Source: Prasinococcaceae sp. CCMP 1430
Taxonomy: Eukaryota; Plantae; Prasinodermophyta
Length of the DNA: 64,000 nt
Direction: 5' to 3'
Assembly (NCBI GenBank): GCA_013416795.1
Contig: RQSC01000028.1
Span: forward strand, 729,306 to 793,305
In this document: positions 36,031 through 47,800 of the stretch, piece by piece
Position numbering within the stretch: the first letter of the stretch is position 1
How the letters are laid out: each line of letters opens with the position of its first letter
Program-made: the position numbers and the translations under genes
The notes under the pieces: generated by a model
What the model was told of the DNA's origin: nothing
The model's input: only the letters and a program-made list of their open reading frames with translations
The model's database searches: none

Positions 36031-37105
36031 GCGCTTTGCTTTGGGGCGGCGGCGGCGGAGGAGGAGGAGGAGGCGGAGGCGGAGGAGGACTCGGCGGAGG
36101 AGGACTTGGCGGAGGAGGAGGGCTCGGTCCTCGTCCGCGGCAGCGTCGGCGGAATTGCGTGCGAAAATACCTCGAAAATGCAGCGGCTCGAGATGAAAAT
36201 GAAAGTTAAAAATGTTTTTAAAAAAAAAAGAAATGCGAAGGGGAAAAAAGGAGGGCGCCGGCGCGAGGGCTGCGCCGCGCTGCCCCCCGCGCGCCACACG
36301 CCGCGTGTGCGCGCGCCCGACGTGCGCGGCATGCGCGTGCGGGCGGGAGGGGCGGGAGGGGCCGGCAACTCGTGTGCGCGTGCGTGCGTGCGCGTGTGCG
36401 TGCAGGGGGTAGGCGGGACCGCCGTGCGCCCCCGCGCGCGGCGTGTGCCGCGAGCGCGGCTCCCGCGCCCGTCCGGATCGCGATGCCGGGACGGACGGCG
36501 CCAGATGAGGTCAAGGTTTGGGGTTGTAGATAATAGGGTCCATATCAGAGGTGCTGCGTGCAATGGAATGGCCCACCATCTCCGGCCGGGTGGGCTGGGG
36601 CTGGCGTGTGCCTCGCGCGGACGGTCGTCCACACCCCCCACGCTCACATCCCCCTCCCCGTCGGGGGCCCCCTCTCGCCCCCACCGCCGGGGCGGACGCA
36701 GCGCGCGCGAGGGCCCGCAGCGGCCCGACCTTTTTGCGCTCGCGGCGGCCGCACTGCGCCGCGCTGCGAGCGCTCCTGCGGTCACCCTTGCAGAAAAGGA
36801 ATCCTTATTCTAAAGAGAGACATACTGTGAATACCGTGGTTGGGTTCGCTTATGCATTGGAGACATCCGTGCGGGGTTCCGCTCGTTCCCCGCGGCGCGC
36901 GCTAAATCGGGCGGCACGGGGGGGCGCGGCACAGGCGCGGCACAGGGGCGCGCCCGAGGGCGGGCGCGCGCAAGAGAGCGGCAGCAGCCGTCGGCGGCGG
37001 CTGCCGGGGACAGGAGGGGCGGCGTCGGGGCGGCGTTGGGGGAGGGAGGAGAGGAGAGGACGCTGGGCGCCGCCCGCGGCAGGCGTGGGCGCGTAGTTCT
37101 CCGCC

Positions 37106-38901
37106 ATGCCGAACCCACGCGTGTTTCTCGACGTGGCCATAGGGGACAACGCGCCGCGGCGCGTGACCGCCGAGCTCTACGCCCATGCGGTGCCTCGCAC
37201 AGCGGAGAACTTCCGGTGCCTGTGCACGGGCGAGCGCGGCGGCGCGCTGCGCTACAAGGGCAGCGCCTTCCACCGCATCATCCCTGGTGCGTGGCGCCGC
37301 GCGCGCGGGCGCGGGGGTGCGCCGCGAGCGTCTTGCGCGCCTGCGCCTCGCCGCGGAGCGCCGCGCGCGCGCTTCCGGCGGCTGCTCCGCCGCGTCTGCT
37401 GCGCGGCTGCTGACGCTGGCCGCACACGCCCCTCCCCCGCCGCTTTTCCCGCCCGCGATCGCGCCGCCGCAGGCTTCATGGCGCAGGGCGGTGACTTCAC
37501 GCGCGGCGACGGCACAGGCGGCGAGTCCATCTACGGCGAGCGCTTCGCCGACGAGAGCTTCGCACTGAAGCACGACGCCCCGGGCATCCTGTCCATGGCC
37601 AACGCTGGGCCCGACACCAACGGCTCGCAGTTCTTCATGTGCACCGAGGCCACGCCCTGGCTCGATGGCAAGCACGTCGTATTCGGCAAGGTAGAGGCGC
37701 CCTCGATGGCCGTATTGCGCGCCATTGAGGGCGTTGGCAGCGCGGGCGGCAAGCCGCGTGAGCGCGTGGTGATCGTGGATTGCGGTGAGCTCGGCGAGGG
37801 GGAGGGCATCGTAGCTGAGGCTGCGCCGGCCATCCTCGGCGCCAAGATCGAGCGCGCGACTCGCGTCGACAAGACGCTGCTGCCGCGCGCATTCGGCGGG
37901 ACTCGCAAGCGCAACAAACCGGCGGGGAGCAATCGCGCGTTCGTCGCGTCGAGCCTGCTCTCCTTCGACGAGGAAGCAGATGCCGATGGCGGTGCCGGCA
38001 CAGGAGGTATCGCCGCCGGCGTCGCGCGCGCGCCTGAGCCGGCCGCTGCCGCCGGTGGCGCTCGTCGGCAGGCCGAACGTGGGCATCTGCGGGCGCGCGT
38101 GGCGGCGGCGACGGTGACGACGCGCGGGAGGCCGCTGCGGTGGGCGCCTCGGCCGGCGAGGGCGCGGACGGTGCCCGAGATGGCGGCGATGACCTGGCCG
38201 ACGCACCACCGAAGGAGCTCACAGCGCAGGAGCGCAAGCTCTTTGAGCTGCGAATGCGCATGAATCAGGCGCGCAAGGGCAACCGCGCGGCCGCGGCCGC
38301 TGAGCGCAAGCGCGAGGCGATGGGTGCGCGCGCCGAGCGGCTCGAGGCGCTCGCAGCGGAGCGCGAGGAGGCAGAGGAGAAGGCGGACGACCGCGGCGAC
38401 GAAAAAGGTGGCGCGCGTCGCGCAGGTCACATGGACCAGACCGCAGAGGATGCGCACCGCGGGTACGAGAAGGAGCGTGAGAAGAAGCGCCGACGCGAGG
38501 AGGGCCCCGCGGCCGGCTGGCTCCAGCTCAACCCCAAGATCGCCTACAGCTCGTACAACAAGCGCGTTGAGAAGAGCCCCTACATGAGCCAAGAAGAGTA
38601 CGAGCAGGTCAAGGCGGCGGGCGGTGTCGATGCGCACGGTGCGGGTGGCGTCGAGGCGGGCCTGTCGTACGGCGGTGCCGGCGCGCCCTCGCAACGCGCG
38701 CTCGACCGCATGACCAAGGAGCTCGACGCGCGCAAGAGCAAGAATGTGTCGCGCCGCCGCAAGTTCTACGATGAGAAGGATGTCGATTCCATCAACCCGA
38801 AGAACGAGGTGCGGAACAGGCTTCTCGAAAAGCAGTACGGCAAGTACAGCGCCGCCATCAAGGCCGACCTCGAGCGAGGTACGGCACTGCCGGATGTGTG
38901 A
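37106..38901 (+). CDS. SYF2: Cyclophilin PPIase followed by a SYF2 splicing-factor domain; probably one fusion gene (introns ~37288-37471 and ~38008-38071)
   Basis: [14 protein letters not shown]|[25 protein letters not shown]. Downstream: [15 protein letters not shown] and [39 protein letters not shown]. Confidence 0.85.
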
Positions 38902-39055
38902 GCGCGCCGCGAGCGCGTGCAGTCAGCCTGTCGGCGCACGGCAAGCTAGTCGTTGTCGGCGTGGTAATGGCGACTGGTCTCACTCGCGGCTTGCACAGGC
39001 TCGGAAGCGCGCGCGAACTGAGTTTGAAATTGCAGTATTATCCATGCGCCTTCGC

Positions 39056-42000
39056 CTAGAACCCATACGAGTAGTCGTATCCGCTCCACGAGCGGCGATT
39101 CGAGCCGTAGGCGCCACCGCCGTACGAGTTAGAGCGCGCGTACGACGAGCCGGCCGAGGACGCGCTGGCCGAGCGCTGGCGCGTGTACGCGCGCGAGTAG
39201 CCGCCGCCAGGGCCACGCGAGCCACCGCGTGAGCGCTCGCCTGGGAAAGAGCTGCTGCGGTTGGAGCCTCCAAAGGTGCCGTAGAGGTCGTCTAGGTCAG
39301 CCTCAGGATTCTTGAGCGCCTCGGTGGCGGCCTCGTGTGCTGCGCCCACCTTCGAAAAGAGCCGATTGGCATCCTCGCGTGCGAAGTCGATGGCGGCGTC
39401 GCTCGCAGCGCCACCACTGCCGCGCACGAGCGCGGCAGCGGCTTTGTCTGGATGCAGCACCAGGGCCAGCTTGCGGTAGGCCTTCTTGACGTCCGCCGCG
39501 CCCGCCTCGCGCTTCCTGAGGCCCAGCCAAGCGAAGGGATCCGTTCGCCGGCGCGCGCGCCGCGCCTGGCGCAGCCGGTCGGACGCGCCGTCGCGCTCTG
39601 AGCGTGGCGCACCCGTGCGTTGGAGGATGGCGACCATTGCCTCGAGATCCGTGGCCTCGTCGTCCTCGCCGAGCTCAGCATGAATGGCCGCTCGGCGACT
39701 CCATGCCTTTGAGTACCAGCGGTCGAGCGCAAGGGCGCGCCCGCAATCGGCGGCCGCGATGGCACGCCGCCCGGAGGCGTGCGCCGCCGCGGCGCGGTTG
39801 CAGAAGCACGCCGCGCGCAGGCGCAGAGCAAAGCGCCCCGCCGTGGCGCCAGCTCCCGAGCCCTCGCCCTCGCTGGAGCCAAATTGAAGTGCTTCCGTGT
39901 AGAGCACTTCGGCCTCGTCGTGTTTGCCATTCGAGAATGCAGCGTTGCCTTTAATGCGCCTGCTGTTGATCTCCACCAGCTCCGCAAGCTTCGAGCTCGC
40001 GGCGATGAGGTCGGCGCGCTCGAGCGCGTAGACTGCGGCGCCGACGCACGCGGAGGTGGCCTCGCCCGTGCCCTCCTCCCAGTCTCTGGGCGACAGCGAG
40101 TCAGAGGCAGCAATTGCATCAGCAAGCGCCTTCAGGCCGCCGTCGAGATCACCCAGGCCCAACCTGGCACATGCGCGCACACGCAGCTGCCACGAGAGCT
40201 GTCGTGTCTCAGAGGGGAGGCGGCCATTGCGTCCCTTGCGCTCGAGCTCTGCGACCGTGTCCGCGCCCTCCGCCTCGGCGTCGGCGAAGCGCCCGACGGC
40301 AAGCAGAGATCGGGCGCGCATGCAGCGGAGCGCGCAGCATTCGGGGGCATCTGCTATCGCCACGTTCAGATCCTGAAGAGCGCCCTTGACGGCACCCTCG
40401 ATACTGGCAACGTCGCTGACGTCGACGACAGGACCCGCCGCGGCGGCAGTCGCGCCCGCACTCTCCATGGCGGCGAGCGCCGAGCCCACCATCGCCCGCA
40501 CGGCGCGTGCACTGTCTCCGCCGCGCACCGCGGTATCTACGCCGTTTGCGTCCCCAGCCGCGCGCGCCTCCGCCTCGCAGCGTGCGAAGCGCGCAGCCGC
40601 ATCAGCGGCGCGCCCTAGGCGCAGCGCACATGCTGCGGCGCGCTGCCTTGCGCGGCGGTAGCCAGCATCGAGCGCGAGCGCCTCCTCACACGCCGCAAGC
40701 GCCTCGCGCGAGCGCCCGACCATCATGAGGGCCGCCGCGAAGTTGCCTCTCAGCACCGCGAGCTCCGAACTGGACGCGTTCCCTGCACCGCTTGAGGTGT
40801 CGCCTTTGCTAGCGAGCGCGGAGGCGTCCTCGTACGACGCAGCCGCCGCCTCGTACAGGCCCGCGTGAAATTGCCTGTCGGCAGAGGCCTTCATGTCACG
40901 CCACTGCGTGCCTGCGCCTCGAGGACCATAACCAAACGTCGGATATGGCGAGGGCTGGGCAGTGTGGCGCGTCCGCTCTTGCGCGTCCGAGCTGGCTGCC
41001 GCTGCCCTTCCCCCCTTCTTGGGCGACTTTTTGGACGCGTGTCTCGTCTTGCCGATAGACTTTGTGGCCCCGGACGACGGCGTCGGGGCACTTGCGTGCC
41101 CTTGACGAACAGACACTCGCGCAGACTCGCCGACTGCCGCGCCGGAGACGCCCTTGCCAGGCTCAGGGGCTCTCGCATACGCGTGCTTGGCTGCAGCGGC
41201 CCCGAAATCTGTCATGTGCGTCCCGGCCCCGCGCGACTTCGACTGCCCTGGCGACGCCTCGGTGTGCGGACCAGCGCCAAACCTCGCACTGCTGCGCGCG
41301 CCTGGGGCGTCAGGTGCGCCGCGACGAACGCGTTCCCGGTGCGTTTTCATGGCATCGTGCCGCTTCTCCATCTCCGTCGTCACTCGCGTGGTCGCCGCAG
41401 TCACCTGCTCGTCTGGAAGCTCCCCAGCAAGACGCGCCCGCCGCATCGCCGCGCGGAGGCATGAGTGCAGCTCGAAGAGTTCGTCCTCGGAGAGCGTGCC
41501 CAGGTCGCCGCCGCCGGCGAGCGCCGCATCCGCCGCGCGCAGCGCCGCCGCGGCGCGCGCCGCAGCGCGCTCGCGCGCGGCAGCTGTGCTCGCTTCCACG
41601 TTGGGCATCGGGCTCGATGGTGGAGAGGGCTGCACACCGGGCACTGCTTCGTCGTGGCAAAACGTGAATTCAGCGGAGGTGGGCCCATCCTCATAGCTCC
41701 CATCGACAGCCATCGGAGAGCCCTCGCGGACGAAGCTCGACGACGACGATGCTCGCGCAGGCGGCTCGTACCCGTTTGCGTGGCTCTGCTGCTCCTGCGC
41801 GGTCAGGGAGCGTGGAGAGATGGGTCAGTTGGCTGAAAGCGCGCGTGAGATCGCGGCGCTCGAGCGCGCGCGCCGTTGGACCGGTCGCACCTTCACACGC
41901 CGTGCCTCGGCCGCGGCACGCAACCCCTGCAGCTCGGGCCCGAAGGGCGAGCTCTGACTGTTCGAATCACTACCGCGACCGCTGTCGGCGTTGCGCTCGC

Positions 42001-43023
42001 GCAGTACTCGCCTCGCCTCGCTTTTGCGTGCCGCCTTCGCTCTGGCCCTGCTGCTCCCACCACTACCGCCACCACTACCCGTGCCGCGCCTGCCAGCTCC
42101 TGGCGAAGCCTTTGAAGGAGACCTGTTCGCACCCGTGTCCGCTTCGGGAGCTGCGCCTGCGCTGAAGTGGAACGCCGGCCCGGTCGGCGCTGGCGTGGAT
42201 TCGCCGGCTGCGAATCTGAACGCCGCGCGGGCGCTGGGACTCTCCCCTGCGCGCACGCCCTCGCTCGCGCCGGCACTTTCGTGTCCGCTCACACCCGCGC
42301 CTTCCCGAGCGCGGAACTGGAACGCAGGTTCGTGGCGCGCCGCCGGCGACTCGCCCGCGCCGAACCTGAACGCGGGAGACGGTGGCATTCGCGGTTGCTG
42401 CTGCGGCACGGCTGGCGCTGACTGCTCCCGCTGCGGCATCCCTCCTTGGGGTGCGCGTTCACCCTGTGGAGCGCCCGGTGACCTCCCTGCATGCCTTCGC
42501 GGCGGGAGGCGGCGCGAGGAGCCGGCCTTGCCTCTACTCGAGCCCACACTTCCGCTCGCGCCTCTGCGTGCGCTCTGCGGGGTCTTGGGCTTGGGCGACG
42601 CCGAGTGACGCGCGCCGGCGCCCCTCTGCCTCTGGGCGTCACCGCCGCTCACCGGGCTCGCAGCGTCTCCCCGCTCCTCGAAGTGCGCGTCGGCGCCGAA
42701 CGTGAACGCCGCGGGTGGGGGGCGCGCGGGCGCGCGGGCCGGGCCACTCGCCGTCTCGGCGGCGCCGAAGACGAAGCTAAAAGGGGACGGGCCCTGGTCT
42801 GGCGACGCCCCCATGTGTCCGCCGCCAGCGCCATTGGCGGTGCCGGCAGCAGTGCCCCCCTGCGCGGCGCTTTGCTCCTGAAGCGCCACCTCGACGCGCA
42901 GCCGTTCCAAGTCTGTCGCGAGCGAGTCGCCATCGCTCGAGAGCGACGACACGTCCGAGCCTGCCCGCGCATGGCGCGAGCCGCCGCGCGCGCCAGGGCT
43001 CGCGCCGACGCCGCCGACGCCGC
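39056..43023 (-). CDS. TPR + C-terminal DnaJ protein (DNAJC7 / plant TPR15-16-like) with a low-complexity FxF-repeat N-terminus; intron 41795-41890; 5' end missing at N 43024
   Basis: TPRs (ADRQFHAGLYEAAAASY, KGNAAFSNGKHDEAEVLYTEAL, CFCNRAAA) and J domain DVKKAYRKLALVLHPDKA. The 41891-43023 ORF splices in frame (AAG|gt...cag|GAG). Confidence 0.85.
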
Positions 43024-43024
43024 N

Positions 43025-43685
43025 CCACCAGGGCTCCAAATTCATCGACCGCTTCGATGCCAATTGCTACGTGGCTCTCACCCACACGCTTGACTCGCAC
43101 GACGTGAGTCGCGGGAGGGGCGAGTACGCGGATGTGCTGCGCTCGCTCCCGCATCGGGCGCTCGTGGTGGGGATAGACTCGGATGTGCTGTACCCCCTCG
43201 AATTGCAGGCGGAGGTGGCCTCGCACATGCCCAACGCGCGGCTACACACCATACGCTCGCCCCACGGCCACGACGCGTTCCTGATTGAGATTGAGGACCT
43301 CAACACGGTGGTTGCAAACTTTCTCAAGGGCGAGGACGTTGTCGGAGAGGGGAGCGACGACCTGTACCAGCGCAAGGGGTCCGTCGAGTCGCTGGCGCAC
43401 CGCGTGTGGGAGCTCGAACGGCAGCTGGCAGCGGCATTGGAGGTGGCCGATGCGGAGCGAGCGACCGCCACGGGCCTGCGCGAGCAGCTACAGAGCGTCG
43501 GGGGGGAGAGCGGGGCTGAAATGGAGGAAACGAGGGCGCGAGCCGCTTGGGGGATGGTGGAGCGCTTGCGCCTTCACGCCGCGGAATCTCCGTCGGAGCG
43601 ACTGCAGGCAATCAGCAGGGGCGGTTTCGCCCCTGTCTTCGGCAAACTCGCCGGCAGGGACGCGCGTGGCGCTGGGGCGTTTTGA
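43025..43685 (+). CDS. metX: Homoserine O-acetyltransferase (MetX/MET2 family), C-terminal part only
   Basis: HQGSKFIDRFDANCYVALTHTLDSHDVSRGR, VVGIDSDVLYP, SPHGHDAFLIE. Confidence 0.88.
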
Positions 43686-43942
43686 TGCTTAGGCCTTGCG
43701 ACGTAATATAGCACGACTACAAGCAGCACACATCGCCTCGCCTCCGCGGGGGGCAAGCCCGCGTGCGGCACGGCGGGTGGGGCGGAGCTTCCCAAGAAAA
43801 TAATCCACCGTCATTACGTTGACGCAGCGAGCGAGTAGAACCTCACTGCTGCTGCGGCGGATGAGCCGCCTGTGGCTGCGCCGCTCCATCCGCGGTTGCC
43901 CCCGCGGCGGCGGGTGCGTCCAGACGCGGGCGCTTGACTTTG

Positions 43943-44406
43943 ATGGCGGTGAAGGTGTGCGGCGTGGCGTCCGCAGCGGACGCGACGTGCGCGGCCGCGG
44001 CAGGGGCGGACCTCGTGGGCATGATTCTGTGGCCGGGATCAAAGCGTTCCGTCAAGGACATGGCAATCGCGGCGGACATTTCCGACGCTGCGGCGGCCGG
44101 CGGCGCGCGCAGCGTCGGCGTCTTCGTGTCAGAGGACGCCGAGGAGATCGTGGTGCGTGGCGCGGCCGTCTCCACACGCGTCGCGCGCGCGCACGCGCGC
44201 CCGAGAGTGCCAGTCGCGCAAGGATGCTGCTGGCAGCTGACGAGGCCCCCTCACGTCGCCCCCGTCAGGCCGCGTGCGCCGCCGCGCGCGCGCCGGTCGC
44301 GCAGCTCCACGGCGACGGCGCTGGCGCCGCGCGGCGGCGGCCGCGCGCGCGCGCGCCGACTCCCTCCCTTCGAAAGAACGTACAAAACACTCCCTCAGGT
44401 GTTTGA
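43943..44406 (+). CDS. trpF: Phosphoribosylanthranilate isomerase, N-terminal half (beta1-beta4); intron 44153-44268
   Basis: MAVKVCGV..AGADLVGMILWPGSKRSV..VGVFV..|..VAQLHGDGA, then about 24 unrelated codons to TGA at 44404. Confidence 0.85.
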
Positions 44407-44720
44407 CTTTTCCCCGAAGTGTTGGAATAATCCCTGACTCCCCCCGAAATTTTTGTGAAGTGTTTGCACTCTACCCCCTAAGTGTTCCTGAAGTGTTTCT
44501 GTACTGCAACAAAAAATACAAAAAAAACGCCGATTCCCTCTTTGAAAGTACACTGTACGCGAACGCGGCCGCTTCAAAAAAAAAAAAAAAACGGGGGCGG
44601 GCATTGCCCCCACAGGAACCGGGCCGGGGAACCCGAATGAACCCTAATGGAGTTGAAGTAACCCTAAATGGTGGAGGTGTGAACCTTAACCTGCACAGGA
44701 AGCCCTCGTCCCGGATAAGG
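44380..44720. other. AT-rich island with AAGTGTT repeats, a poly(A) tract and telo-box-like AACCCTAA
   Basis: AAGTGTT at 44417, 44458, 44480 and 44491; A-run at ~44576-44591. Confidence 0.6.
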
Positions 44721-44860
44721 CGAGTGGGCTGCGGGCGCCACACGGGGCGGCGGTGGCGGCGGTGGGGGAGGGGTTGTGGGGCGGCGATGGCGGCGACGGG
44801 GGCGGTCGCGGGGGTGGGTGTGGCGCGCGTCCGCGTTGACGGCAGCGGCGATGGACGGCG

Positions 44861-47800
44861 GTGGCGGTGGCGGCGGGGGCTGGCAGCGGTGCGCGCGCGC
44901 CGGCGGCCGCAGCGCGATCGGCGCGCCGCAGGACGAGGGTGGCCGAGGACGATGACTACGGGGCGGACGTCCGGGTCGAGCTTGGCCAAGGGGGCGATGA
45001 CGAGGAGGATGAGGACGAGGAGGGGGAGGAGGAGGAGGAGGAGGGGGAGGACTACGAGTATGAGGAGGAGGAGTACGAGGAGGAGGAGGAACGCGCCAAG
45101 CCCAAGCGCAAGCGAGACAGGACGGCCGAGCTCCTCAGGCGCAAACAGAAGCGCGCGCAAGCGCGCGCGGAGGCGGCCGTGCAGGTGGTGAAGCCGCTGA
45201 TTACTGCCGACGAGGCCTTGGCGAGGTTCCGCCGGGCGCTCAAGGGCGAGCCGATCGATGGCGACGAGCGCGGTGACAAAGTTGCCGGCGGTGGCAGTGG
45301 CGCGGATGCGGGTGCTGTAGTGCCCGGCAGTGGTGCCGACGCGGATGGCGGCGAGGGCGGCGATGCGAACGCCGTGGGTGGTGATGCGCCCGCAGCTCCT
45401 GGGAGCGGCGCCGTGGGGGCAGACACGCCGCGCGGAGCTGCAGGCGATGCGGAAGGGACAAGCTCCGGTGCTGACAGTGGTACCGGCGGTGGTCCGACCG
45501 TCGACGCTGCGGCGCTGCCAGCGCTGGCGCACGCGTTCGTAGTGCTGCGCGCTTTCTCGTGGCAGCTGCGCCTGAGCGCTTTCACCTTCCGCGACTTCTG
45601 CTGCGCGATGGCGCAGAAGCGTCACACGCCCCTGCTGGACGAGGTTCACGTGTGCGTGCTGCTGGCCCTCATCGCCGACGAAACAACAGCAGAGCGCGCA
45701 ACCTGGCCTTACGACATCGCCAAGCTCGACAACATTACATGGCCCACGTATATGTGGTACTATTTGTCGACATTCGGCGAGGGCCTTCAGACGAGCGGGG
45801 TATCCATCAGGGACACGCTGCCAGCGGACGAGGAGGTGCCAGTTCCCGGGCGGCGGCTGCCAGCGAGCTTGCTGCCGAAGGCTGCGCACACACCGAAAAA
45901 GGCCAGGGGCAAAGCGGCGGCGAAGGAGTCCGCACCTCCAACTGTCGAGCGCCTCAGCCGCGAAGAGCGCACGCGCCAACGCGCCGAAGCACGCGAGCGC
46001 GAGGCGCGTGAGGCGGCCGAGGCAAGTGTGCCGCTGGCGGAAGCACAGGCACCGGCTGTCGCTGCTAGCTCGATGGAACGCGCACAGACCGAGCCGCCCA
46101 TCATCGCCGCCTTCGCCGCCACCGGGTGGGCCGGCAGCGCTGGCGCGCCCGTTTGCGGCAACGGGTCCAGCTCGGACGCCGATGAGGATCGGGAGGACGT
46201 GCGCGTGAGCACCACGAGCGTTGCGTTTGACGTGGCCCCGAAGCGGCGAAAGCCTGGCAGCTGCCCGTGGCGCTGGGAGCGGCCAGCCGGCCCTGGCAGG
46301 CAGCGCGAAATGGTCGAATACTGCACGCTATCCGCGAAGGTCAAGGCAGGGCTCCTTGTGCGGCTGTGCGACGAGCTGATCGAGACGAGCAACATTCGGA
46401 CCGAGCTGGAGCGGCGCGAGGTCTTGCAAGGAGACTGGGGCACCGAGAGGCGGTGGCAGAAGGGCGCCGCTGCCGTGGCCCTCGGGAACGGCGATCACAA
46501 CTACGACGCCTGCGTCCTCTGCGGCGGCGGAGGCAATCTGGTGTGCTGCGAGGGGTGTCCGGCTGCATTCCACATGAAGTGTGCCGGCCTGAGTCACTGG
46601 GACTTGCGGCGCGACGACTGGACGTGCAGCGAGTGTAGCTTGTACGGCCATGGGTCGGGAAAAGCATGGCGCGGGCCGCGCCTGCCGACGTTGTATGGTC
46701 GTGCCAGCGGCGGACTGCCGGCGTGGCGGGCTCCCGGCTGCCTATTCGTCGCGGCGTCGCACCCTCGGCGGAACGAAGCGCCGGCCATGCTGGCGTTTGC
46801 TGATGCAGCGGAGCCGCTGGCTGCGCAGGCGCTGGGGCTTCCTGAGATCGGGCGCGAGCACGCTCATCCTGCTCCTCAGTCCTCGCCGGCGAAGACGAAG
46901 ACGCCGGTATGCAACATGGCTGTTCTTGCCCAGGCTAGCGTTAGCGAGATCGGCGGCCTGCCACTGGCTGGCGCTGAGGAGTACACGAATACTTACCGCA
47001 ACGCATGGTGGTACGTGAGCGCCCACATGACCACTGGCCAGCGCGGAAAACAGCCAGACAAAGGCCGCTTCGCAATTTCGAAGTTTTCGTGGCCCAACAA
47101 GATTGCAGGCGCGACGGGCCGCGCTGGTGCGGCGGTTGCGCTACTACTCAAGCCCGGCCAACCGCTGCAGCGACTAATTCTTTACGTCTGCAACGCCGCT
47201 ACTGAGCTGAGCGGACTGTTGGGGGAGAAATGGGAGACGCACGAGTACAAAGACGCGTTCAACCGCCGCGTGCGTGCTGCGACGACCATGCAGGAGGTCA
47301 AGGACGCGCTACTCGAGCTCGAGGCCGCGCTGCAGGACAAGGCTGTGATCGGGGCGTGGAGGCAACCTGAGGTCGATCCCTCGCTTGGGAAGGGTGTCAT
47401 TCGCTCCGGCTCTGCCACTCTCACAGGCTCTGGAAAAGTGCAGGAGCAAATGCTGCCTGCAAGGCTGCTCAAGGATATTCCGGACAGGCGTCGTGTGCCA
47501 ACAGAGGCGCGTCCAGCGCCACAAACGCCCGGCCACGTCGATGGCGCTGATCATGCTAAGATGGATGATGCTGAAGGGCCATTGCCCGCGGACGTCACTA
47601 CCTCTGCGAAAGTCGAGGACAGTGGCGCTGCCGGCGAGGTCGGAGCTATGCCAGGACCGTCGCTACCGCCAGTACCTTCACCTGCTACAAGCACGCAACG
47701 GCCGGGACGAACACCGTCGCAGGAGCCCGTTGGCACGCAATTGCATACGCCTGCACGGACTTCGCAGACAGGAAGGAGGGTGGAGGCTGCCACTCCGGTC

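Noticed and set aside
36035-36260. GGA/GGC triplet run and A-rich tract as a functional element
   Set aside because: Low-complexity intergenic sequence with no further structure.
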